64,000 nucleotides of DNA from Toensbergia leucococca (taxonomy: Eukaryota). Both the position numbers and the translations under genes were made by a program. Shown here piece by piece: positions 1 to 10,704 of the stretch. Positions within the stretch are counted from its first letter, which is position 1. Every line of letters starts with the position of its first letter. The stretch lies in the NCBI GenBank assembly GCA_022813965.1, contig JALDZS010000003.1:186001-250000 (forward strand). Direction: 5' to 3'. The notes below the pieces were generated by a model. The model did no database searches. It saw nothing but the letters and a program-made list of their open reading frames with translations, and was not told where the DNA came from.

Positions 1-1479
1 TTTGGTGGAACGTATCGTGCGTGACTAGACGTAGAAGAACGAGGCTTGGGGCCGCAAGAAGGAAGCTGACGATGGTGAGAATGCGGACGCCGTATTTGTC
101 ACAGAGGAAGCCTTTGAGAATCGTCAGTCATACGTTCTGCGCCATTAGGGAAAGCTGAGAGAAATGATACCAAAGAATGGTTCTAAAAACGTGGGTATGA
201 CTGTGGCAAGAAAAATAAGGCCGGCACCGAGTGAGGTCCAGCCGAAGGTTGTGGAGACGAAGATTGGGAGAGTCTGCAAGACGTTCAATTGCTGGTCAGT
301 GGGTTGAACAGTTGCAAATAGAATTTGGATGAATTCGCAGTCTTACGGCATCAAATGAGGCAATGACAACGGCCTGCACAAATGCTCCCCAAAGAGCGAT
401 GACCAGCCGAGGACTTCGGAAGAGAGATAATATCGCAAAGGTACCACCGCCTCGTTTGACTTGGACGCTTGTTTCGTTCGACCTTACAGGCATGGATTGT
501 TGTTGTCCTAGGGCTCCCCCTGAGCCCATGCCATCTGTCCCTGTCCATTTAGCGGCGACTCTCTTCTCGATCAAGGCTACTCTTAGGATGAAATCGAGGC
601 CAATGAGTCCGAAAGCCATCCCGATCACAGCATCATATCCCCCAGTATCGTACACGACGCCTCCTAGGATTGGTCCAAGTCCAAAACCAACTGAAGAAAA
701 AAGGTCAACATACCATTGCTTTGACAGCTGGCGTCGCTTGGCAGCTGTATAAGAAAGGAGCGAGTATTGTGTGAAAACGGGATCTCACGGTTGATGGCAA
801 GACCAACGTAACCTAAAATCTGGCCCATCTTCTCTTTTTCTACAGTGTCCACCACCAAGGCCAGCCCAACGACTGAAACAAAGGATGAAGCAATGCCCTG
901 CATGATCCTCGCAACAACGAAGAGTGAAATGGAACGAGCCACGAGCAACATAGCCAAGGAAGCGACAAGGAACCCAAGCCCGATTAGAAAGGGTAACATG
1001 CGGCTAGGAGTGCGATCGGCGACGAAGCCACAGATGGGCGAAGTGAGAAGATCAGCAGCAGACTCGCAGACAAGAAGCACCGTCACCCAGTATTGCGCTG
1101 CAGTGGGACACACTTAGTCTTGGGTGCTGAAACAGACATTGCGATGGAGTATACATGCTCTGGTCAGGCAAAACGCCTGCGCGTGATTGCAGTACAAAAG
1201 GCAATATGGGAACAATCTGTGAAGAATAAGCCTCATACGAGGATTGAAAAAAGCCAAGATTCGCCGAGAAGGAACGCACCATTCCATATAGGAAAATATC
1301 CTAAGATGTATTCTCCCAGTCAGCTGGTTCTAATCTGGATTCGAAGGCACGAGACTAACGACGAATGTTGCAAGGACTATACATGACAGAATGAATGCTG
1401 TCGACGAGCGATACTCGAGCAGAACAGGAGGACGCCCTCGAGTGGATATTGTTGGAGAGCTCTCGTTACTGTCGGTCAT
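1..1479 (-). CDS. MFS transporter, DHA1/SLC18 (vesicular amine transporter)-like; multi-exon, 3' end runs off the window
   Basis: ATG at 1479 (MTDSNESS..LLEYRSSTAFILSCIVLATF); hydrophobic exon ORFs with MFS motifs (GFVADRTPSR, FVVARIMQG, GLALVVDTV..EKMGQILG); GT-AG introns. Confidence 0.85.
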
Positions 1480-2083
1480 GGTGGCGGTGATGGCAGCCTT
1501 TGTAAATTGAATTATCAAGATAATGAACAATCACCGAAACCAAAAGCCTACTTTATCAGCCGCCTGGGGTGCTCTGTTTGCAATGAGTATGACCAAACAC
1601 GCCGCAGGCTCAGCGGGTGGTGGAAATTGCAAAAGGCAAAGCAAACGGCATCCAAGGGAAGACGGGAGAGGGCAATCGCCCAATAGAAATAGGGCTGTTA
1701 TATCCCATGTTGGGTGAGCATCGTCATCTATGGAAAAATAGGGAGACTTGATCCCAAAGGTGATGGTTGTACGCCATTGATATCACCTCACATTCCATCT
1801 CATGCATCTCATGGACCATGCACACCTGGCGAGACTTTTGCATGGCAAGTAAAACAGAAAAAAAACCGTATGCCTCGAACCCCTATAAAAGGAATCCAAA
1901 AACCCATCCTTCACCACCCCATCGCCCTCCCATCTCTCCAACCTCCCATCTCTCCAACCTCCAATCTCCCATCCCAAATTCCTCACCAACCCCCCATCCT
2001 CCACCATCCCATCTCCTCCCTCACTAAACCCCCCAACACCCCCTCCTCCCCGGGCAAAAAAATACCGAAGAAAAAAGAAAAAA

Positions 2084-3033
2084 ATGCCACCATTCAAGCT
2101 CCTCCCAGCCCACCCACCCGACCACCCCCAAATCGCCTTCATCTACGACCTCGCCTTCCGCTCCGACCGCATCATTGGGGAACTAATGCGCGACGTCCCA
2201 CCAAGCTGCAAGCAGCAGTCCGATGTCGAATGGCTCGATCGGGAGTGGGAGCACAGGGCGCTGAACGGGACGCGGATTTTCAAAATCGTGGACGATGAGG
2301 ATGAGAAGGGGTGAGAAAAGCCCCCCCCCTCCACCTCCCCTCCTCTCCTCCCTTCACCCAAAAATCCTCCCAAACTCCAAATCCCCATCCCCATCCCCAT
2401 CCCCATCCAAAAAAAAAAAAACAAAACAAAAAGAAACCCCACACACAAAAACTGAACCCCCAACAGCAAAATCCTCGCCTTCTCAAAATGGCAGTATCCG
2501 CCCCCGCACCCCCTAACGCTAGAGCAAGCGGCCCAAAAAAAGTTCCAAAAGGAGCAAGAACGAGCCGTATCGCTGCCCGCAGGCACGAACGAGGGGCTTT
2601 GGGAGGATTATTTTGGGCGGGTGGAGGAGATGAATGGGAAGTGGATGGATGAGGGGAGGGATTATTGTGAGTGGGAACTCTCTCTCTCTTTTTTTTGAAT
2701 TTTTTTCCCCCCCGCCCGCCCACCCGCCCCACCTTCTTGACACAAAAAAACCCCGCAGACCTCCAAATCCTCGCCGTGCACCCAACCCATCAACGCCAAG
2801 GCCACGGCTCAACCCTAATCCGCCACACCCTCTCAGCCGCCGACGCCGACGACGCAAAGACATACGTTGGCTCTTCTTCGGCCGCGGGGCTGGGGCTTTA
2901 TTTCAAACATGGGTGGAGAGAGGTTGATATGGTTGTTGTTGAAATGGGGGAATTTGGGGGCGTGGGGGTTGTGGAAGAAAGGTTTCTTTTGAGGGAGTCT
3001 GGTAGGGGGGGTGACGGGGCAGATGCGGCTTGA
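2084..3033 (+). CDS. GNAT family N-acetyltransferase (exons 2084-2310, 2467-2666, 2759-3033)
   Basis: Manual splicing keeps one frame: ..EKG/KILAFSKWQYP..GRDY/YLQILAVHPTHQRQGHG (acetyl-CoA motif A)..GLGLYFKHGW (motif B). Confidence 0.85.
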
Positions 3034-3279
3034 TTATGGGGTGTTAGGATGATGGGATTTGAGTGCTAGGGAGTTCTAGGATTATTTTTTTCTCTTGTGG
3101 TAAATTAGGGTTTGGAGGGAGATGCTTATAAATTTGTTGGCAAGTTCGGCGGACGGAGGGATGTTGGCGAGGTTGGGTTGTTAGCTACCGACAACATAAA
3201 CTTTTTATCCTTTTTGTAATACACGGAATATCCCGAGCTTATTAGGTCGCCTAGAACGTTCTCTCTGGAAGCTGAGATG

Positions 3280-4690
3280 CTAGAATATCAAATCCTCTGT
3301 CAAGTCGCCACTCTGAAGATATGACAGCGTGCTACACACATAAAGCGATCGTGTCCTCGATGGAAAGCCGTTGAATGTCGTGGCACAGACGTGGGAGTAA
3401 GCTAGTAAGATAGAGAGGTTTAGCTTCAAGTGGCATGCACATTTGGATACGGGGGGGCCGGGGGATGGAATGTACCGCCCATGTTTGGGAAAGCGAGCCA
3501 GTCATTGCACTGAATATCTGGCAATTTGCAATCCGTGATGACACAGTCTGCCGAGTCGCATGTTCGGCCCCACACCACGTAGTTGAAGAGATCGGGGGGC
3601 GACGAAGAAAATGCCGCCAAAGAGTCGAAAGCTTTCTGGCTGCTAGCAGTACTGAGTGGATCGACGAGCGGCTTCAACCCCTCTAGGCGGCGAGGCGTAG
3701 GTATTGGGGGCTCGATGATGGCGTTCATGAGATTGCCATAGACACCATCGTTGATGTACAACATGCGTTGTTTCGGCGTCGCTGGATCGACGCGGCGCCC
3801 GATTGCCTTGCAAAAGAGGGTGGCGGACCCAGAGGCAAAGAAACGTCCCGGTTCGGCAATAATCTCCACGGGTTCTGTTCCAAAATAGTCCGCTAGCGCT
3901 CTGGAGAGTTCGTCAGTTTGCTCCTCGAATTTCTCGTCCGTAAAGCCACCGCCGACATCCAGGAGACGCATGTGGATGCCGAGCTTCCCCGCATGGTCAT
4001 ACACGATCCGGGCATCTGCGACACCCCTTCGAAAGGCGGATGGATCTCGAGATCCAGAACCAACATGAAAGCTAATTCCAATTACGTCGAGGCCGTACTG
4101 TTTAGCTAGCTCTAATAGATGGTATGTCGTATGGAGTGGTGCACCAAATTTCTTACCCAGGCGACACAAGCTTGTTGGGTCATCGGCGAAGATACGCAGC
4201 ACTAGCCGTGCATCAGGGAAAATTCGCTTGATTTTACAAAGTTCATCTTCATTGTCAAAAGTCATAGTCTGCACTCCTTTTTCAGCGGCAGAAGCAATCC
4301 ACGACTCCGCTTTGCATGGTTGAGCGAATAGTACGCGTGACGGCGGGACTCGGAGACGCAAGATGCGGTCGATTTCGTAAGGCGAAGCACAGTCAAAGCC
4401 TATGCCGAGAGATGCCAGGAAAGAGAGAAGACGTATCTCGTCGTTGCATTTCACAGCTAAGTGCGCTTATCAGTGCGAGAGAATCGAACGGCTTCAGGAA
4501 GAAGGCGAGCAATGTCCATACCGTAAAAAGGCTTCACTTTTGGAAGTAGATGTCGCCAACGTGCATACTGCTGCAATATATGACCCAAGTCCACAATGAA
4601 GAAGGAATCCTCAGCAGCGTCGACTGCGGAGATGCTAGAGTTTGCATTTTGTATGTGGTATTTGGCGATTCTATCAATGAGCAGAGCCAT
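3280..4690 (-). CDS. Group IV (ODC-fold) PLP-dependent basic amino acid decarboxylase, ~423 aa, divergent ODC paralog (exons 4522-4690, 3476-4456, 3280-3401); alternative upstream ATG at 4759
   Basis: Spliced product has PFYAVKC (PLP Lys), FDCAS, KFGA, FHVGS, LDVGGGF, EPGRF, WGRTCD and MGAY..TTFNGF; specificity helix reads YGNLMNAIIEPP instead of ..FDH/YDH. Confidence 0.93.
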
Positions 4691-5666
4691 GTCTTCTTTA
4701 TTCCTCAAAACCAATCTCTGCTTCTTATATGCTAGCGACAAGGACGGTGAAACGAACATCCTAACCCCAAGAATCTACGGCCCGACAAAAGTATTGTGTG
4801 TGGAAACAGAAATTGGCGTGCAGGCTTCGTCACTGCCAATCAGTGCTATCTCTTGAAATCCACAGTCTTGAATAGTGTTGATCCAGCAGTGCCATGTTGT
4901 GGTCCTTTATAGCAAATCTAGACTCTCCTACAACAACGGCATTGATCACGGTCTGGAGAGAATTCTGTGTATCCAGTGATGAGTAAACACACCCAAATCT
5001 CTTGTGCAGAATGATCTGTTTCCACTCACTGGCTAAAGATCGAGAATGTGACTGATGATGGGATTTACGAAGCAAGTGCTAATCCCGAGTGGTTGATCGA
5101 TCGCTGTCCATGGGCCATGTCTCACCGGCGCCACCAACTGGATGTATGGGAATTGTGAGGAGGAGAAAGGAAAGCTCGAAGCGGCGGAGGTGCGGAGACC
5201 TTAGGCGTGCATAACGTAGCAGAGAAAGGGTAAGTCCCAACGGCATAGGCAAGCTGGCAGTAGAATGCGGGACGGCGCAACAAGAGGGCACCACAGGATT
5301 GTACGACAAGTTTCTGTTTCAACTTATAGACTTTGATGCAAGTCATTGAATGGTAGGTATTGTCATCCATGGATATTGGAGTTCGGCCTCACCCATCGAT
5401 GGCAAGGCCATTGACATCACCTTACATCCATCTCATGCATGTTGCAGCCTACTAAGAAAATGTCTCATCCATGGACGTCGACGCTTCTGAGACGCAGGTA
5501 GATCTCAAAAGCTGAGTATCTTACTAAAAGGCGGTGTAGGATCCGACCATAAATGCAACTGATTTTGAAGTCGAAGTTACAGGTCGTATGATGCAGGATA
5601 GAGGCGTAAAGATCCAACAAATCGTAGACCTACGAGTCTGGAATCTCGGGGTTGTAAATGGTCAGG

Positions 5667-5708
5667 ATGAGGTATGAGGTATGAGGTATGATGTATGATG
5701 TTTGATGT
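5667..5708. repeat. Degenerate 7-bp tandem repeat (ATGAGGT x3, then ATGATGT variants)
   Basis: Read directly in the intergenic region between the decarboxylase and the deiminase. Confidence 0.8.
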
Positions 5709-6945
5709 TGGTTTGGGTGGTAACTCCGAAACCCTGTTTCAATAGGTACGTAAGCTGCTAAGGTGGTAGAGGTAGGTACTCCCACACCACCCCTAAAAGT
5801 AACCCGAATAGGCAATAATGAATGTCATGTTGCGAATTTGCACCATTCAGCTCAGTTCTCCACCTCCTTTGCATGCTATTTAGAAGCAGTACCACCTATA
5901 CCTTCATCATGAATTCACACTGTATTTTGACTCGTGCTCATCAATGCTCAGGCTAAGTCGCTTCAAAAGCTGTTAGACACTTTCTCTGAAATTTGAGAAG
6001 TAGATTCATTTCTGCTTGGCATATATGAGAAACAGATAGCAATCTTAAGCTGTTGAATTGCGCCTAATGTTGCGCAAATGCTATCGCCAAAGCTGTGATT
6101 CATGATTTTGATGAGGCAGGACGAAGCTTGTTTGGCTGTTGATTTAATGCTAGCTAGGGTTCAGCATGGCCTACTGATCGGGAAATGACACTCAGGGGTG
6201 AATCCTCTTACCATCAGATTCAATTCCTTCACCCCGGTTGCACACAATACTGCATGCTATTGATGAGGTGTTCTGGCCATCTCACTGCATGAAGAATTTT
6301 CCGCACCGCGTTACACCTCAGTGTTTCCCCCTGATTGTAGACGGCACAGCGACAGGAGGCCTAGATGGTGAAACTTTTGCACCTGACGGATAAGAAATGC
6401 ATTCATACACCGCGGGAGTATTGCTTCTCCTGACCAACCTTGATCGCCTTCGGAAGCCTATCCGGCACATCTCATCATTCAGAAGAGGGACGGGAGCAGA
6501 GAGATGGGGTGTTGGAATGTATCAAGCCTAAAATTGTTCAATTACAACTGCCATTTGCCGCTCGCCCCATACCCAGCGCCTCACGCAGGCCTCCTTTCAT
6601 TGGTGACTTCATTGACCAGGCATGCACCTGCCTAATGATCACCTGAGGAATGCCTCAGTATCAATGTTGGGATCATCATCATCACAACACGGACAACGAC
6701 TTGGCTTTGGCTTTTTCACCCGAGTGGCCTAATTGGTTGTACAGCTTTTGAATTGAATTGTAGAAATTCAAGAACATCGCCACAGAAATTTTGGAATCAT
6801 CGTCGACTCTGTCCACCGCTTGAGTCTCACAAGCCAAGTCGAGAGAGATCATCTGTTCCTTTCCACATAGAGCATCGCCGCGACTTGTTTCATAAGCAAT
6901 CCTTGCACAAACGTTGGCCTAACATATAGTATACAACGAGAAATC

Positions 6946-8133
6946 ATGGGTGAAATGTCCAAGTCTCCACCACCCGGATATGTTTTTCCTCCTGAAGGAC
7001 ATCCTCATCGGCGGACCATCATGGCCTGGCCTACCCGTGTTTCGCTACCAGCTATTCTACTTGAGGGCGTACGAAACGAACTTGCAGACCTGGCGCGCAC
7101 CATATCTCTTTTTGAGCCTGTCACAATGTATGTGAGTTATGAAGACTTGGACGACGCTCGCGCACGCATTATCACCGACTCGGCAAATGATCCTCAAATC
7201 ATCAATTTGGCACCATTTCCCGTCAATCATTGCTGGGTCCGAGACACAGGTCCCGTGTACGTTTTTAGCGCCACTTCGGAGACAGCTAGATACGCGCTCA
7301 ATTTTGGCTTCAACGAATGGGGAGGCAAGGTGACAGGAGTGTCTGGGGACGACAGCGTTGAATGGGGTCAAATCTGGCCGCCATTTGACACCAAGTCGCT
7401 TGCAGATAATACTGCTTTCGCTCGCCGAGTGATCGACTCGGACGCTCCGGCCGTGGAACGAATTGACCCGAAAGTGATTCTTGAAGGAGGAGGTCTAGTC
7501 GTAGATGGGGACGGCACGTTACTGATCTCGGAAAGCTGCATTATCGACGAGGGTCGCAACCCTGGCTGGACTAAATCCGAGGTTGAGCATGAATTGAAAA
7601 GGCTTTTGGGTATTGAGAAAGTCGTCTGGTTTCCCGGTATCAAAAATTTTGACATAACTGACTGCCACATGGACGCCGCCGTTCGCTTTGTCCGGCCAGG
7701 CGTGGTCGTTGTAAGCCGTCCACACAGCACCCAGCCGAAGGAGTGGACCAATGTGTTCGATGACACGATGGACATCCTCCAAAAGGAAACTGATGCCCGC
7801 GGACGAGAATTCGAAATCACCACAATATATGAGCCGTCCATCAAGGAATTGCTTATTGACCCCTCGTTTGAGACTTGTACGAGCTACGTCAACTTCTACA
7901 TGTGCAATTCTGGTATAGTAGCACCCAAATTTGGCGTGGAGAAGGAGGATCGGGAAGCATTGGAAATTATGAAGAAGATTTTTCCAGATAGGGAGGTGAG
8001 GCAGGTCTATATCAATGCGGTGGGGCAGGCTGGTGGAGGAATTCATTGTGTCACGCAGCAGGTTCCGCACGCAAATTTGCGACTAGCAGAGATTCGCCAA
8101 AGTCTAGAGAAGGCACCGCAAGGTATGCCATGA
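6946..8133 (+). CDS. aguA: Agmatine deiminase / peptidyl-arginine deiminase (PAD_porph family), intronless
   Basis: 395-aa ORF with WP, WVRDTGP, FNEWGGK, LEGG, RNP, TDCHMD, SYVNFY and GGGIHCVTQQ motifs; catalytic Asp/His/Cys present. Confidence 0.92.
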   Translation: MGEMSKSPPPGYVFPPEGHPHRRTIMAWPTRVSLPAILLEGVRNELADLARTISLFEPVTMYVSYEDLDDARARIITDSANDPQIINLAPFPVNHCWVRDTGPVYVFSATSETARYALNFGFNEWGGKVTGVSGDDSVEWGQIWPPFDTKSLADNTAFARRVIDSDAPAVERIDPKVILEGGGLVVDGDGTLLISESCIIDEGRNPGWTKSEVEHELKRLLGIEKVVWFPGIKNFDITDCHMDAAVRFVRPGVVVVSRPHSTQPKEWTNVFDDTMDILQKETDARGREFEITTIYEPSIKELLIDPSFETCTSYVNFYMCNSGIVAPKFGVEKEDREALEIMKKIFPDREVRQVYINAVGQAGGGIHCVTQQVPHANLRLAEIRQSLEKAPQGMP

Positions 8134-10704
8134 CCTTGGCCAAGAGACTGAACACAGCTTTCATACCCTAGTCTGCCAAGTTGTTTTTCGTCCAGTTGTT
8201 CGTCGAAGCTCGTATACAAAAGAGCTCTGGAAAGAAGCGTTCAGCTTTGTGTTGCAGACTTCGTCATTGTTGCCATGTCTAGGGGCTGAACTCAGGCAGG
8301 TTCGCAGAGGTCTTTTTCGCAGAACGAGGGTGATTTTCTGTGGCATTGGCTTGTAGAGCTGGGCCGTTGTGTTATCATGTAATCCTTCAAATGTACCAAT
8401 GATCGGAGATCTTTTGTTCAATGAGCACAGCAGGACTGTAACAAGATCCCTCGTAGATTCACGCTACTCCTCTCAATTGACTGATAATCCTTGAAAATCT
8501 CAAATTTTCGGCACCACCAATATGACTGAGTCAGGGTTAAGGCGGCATACCGTTTATCTCAGGATTAAGAGCTCGATAGAAAGAGGCGGTGCTTCTTCTT
8601 CGTTCGAGAACTACATTGATGGGCCAAGTGCAATGATGAGGCGAAGCGTATTTATCAGATATGTAGGATAAGATCTGAGCATTCGTATTGCAAGTCGAGT
8701 TTTGCTTGCTAAAAGAGGAACACTTCAATCGTTCTGTTTGAAACATTATACCGCTGTCGCGAACAGACGAGAGAAAAACAGGATTCGCGACAAGCATATC
8801 TCGACTCTCCGAACTGGTATATCGAAGCATCTGTTTCCGAGTGTGAAATTCTTGTAGGCACGTCGCCAATCCTGCCAGGGAGTTTGTCCTTACATGGCGA
8901 ATTTGTTCCATTCTCTATATTGAAACTTTGTGATCGCTACATCAGCAGTCGAGGGAAGGTTGAAGATGTTGAGAGAATGCTTGTCTGTGAATATATCTTG
9001 ACTCATCCGGCTGAACCTTTCGCCGGCCAAACTTCATTCTAAAGCCGCAGAGCGTGACGCATCCATGCATTATCTCCGTATTTCGGACGCATTCTGGATA
9101 ATATGAGGCTTGAAACTGCTTTTTTTCGGGGCTTATGAGTTCTGCGTCATTTCCACGACTGTTTCAAAGAGGGCCCAAGGCTTCGAATTAGTCGACAAAA
9201 ACACCCTTACGTGTCAATCGCCGCCAAATTTATGGAGTTGAGAGAGATGCGGGCATATTGCGGTCGGCACAGTAGCCCGTGCAAGGCCTGTCCTTATCTC
9301 GACCCCGATCCTTCCATGTCTAGTCCGGCCCCTATGAAGGAGTTCAACTTGAGTTCCATGGCATACCGTTGATTGGAATATCGAAGGCTTCACTCTAGGA
9401 GAAACATAGTTGGGCCATCCGCGTAAAGAGCTCTGCCGGCTCTGTTCGACGATCTCATGTTTTGAGCATCGCGTTTGCAGTGTGAAGAGGCTCGATGGAG
9501 GAGAGTGAGTCGCCGCACTTGGTCGCATTCCTCGTCAGGGCACATGATCAAAGGGTGGGCATTAAATGCACTCATCTGGCTGGATGTCAAAGATAGCACA
9601 ATTGGATATCCCAGGATAATTCGTCAAAAGCTATGCTCAGGGCGCTTCAGTCTTCAGAGGAAGGATTTACCTTGTATAAGCTATGGAGGCCCCGGCACCT
9701 CGTCCTCTGGTAAACAGGTAAACAATCAAAGACTTGAAACATCATCGAATCCGCGTAGGAAGGCGATTGGTACTCCCACGGATAATGATACACGAGGTAG
9801 ATGATAGGAGACAACTACTCGGTAAGGTGAATAGGTATCTGTAGGTATCCCTGGATGTCCAAGCTTTCAAAAATGCTAAACCAATTGACCTGTGCCTTGC
9901 GGCTGAATTGTGCCTTTCTCAAGCTCTATTTCCATGGATTTTTTGTCCATATGCTCTTGAGCTTCAGCGATTTGGTTTGATGGTTTGATTTTTGCCTCAT
10001 TTATGTTTACCTTAAATTTGAAATGTACCGATGCATTTAAGGCAACTTGTGCTCGATGTCCCACTAAAACGCGGGGTTATCCTAATTTCCGCCAATCAGC
10101 GACATCACATCTTACCCCCCTGAATGGCTGCACGTACATTTGAAGGGATACCACAGAACACAAAACAAAACATCAGCATTTCTTTCAGAATATATAACAA
10201 CGGTTGTGAGAGAAAGAATGTTTACAAACCTAAATCAGCGAATTTCAGGCGACCGGTCGAGGGGTGAGTAGGTAAGTCTTACACAAAGTACAAGTGTCGC
10301 TCGGTATAAATCTTGGGGGCGGTTGGTCCGTCGATATCAGTCATGTGCACATACTATCTCCGTCAGAGTCACTCATACGACAGCAGACTGCGGCGTGACT
10401 GTGATAACTCAAAGAAGAATCTCGACATCAATGTCTTTGTCAGTGGAGAACCACAGGCGGACTTTGAGCAAAGTGATAATGATACTGCTTAATTCAATGC
10501 TAGTGATAATAATACTGTCTAATAATACTGTCTGAAGAATCAAACGCCAGTAGTCCTGATAGCCCGTGGCTCGCCCCAGTCTTAATCATAGTAATCCGTT
10601 GAACGCTCTGAAAAAAACCGCCGCCCAAACTTCCTCAGACAGTCTATCCATTTACCTTCCTTGATACTCAACGCCGAAGCACAAACTCGCAACAGCAACG
10701 TTTC

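Noticed and set aside
4760..5370. Polyamine-responsive uORF in the decarboxylase leader
   Set aside because: The upstream ORFs lack the PPW or PS-stop endings known from polyamine-sensing uORFs, and a TATA-like word near 4725 suggests a short leader.
8161..10064. Possible third pathway gene (N-carbamoylputrescine amidase or amine oxidase) downstream of the deiminase
   Set aside because: No nitrilase E-K-C, transcarbamylase or GxGxxG motif found in the frames I read; only broken frames with a faint TPR-like stretch on + near 8610-8990, too weak to call.
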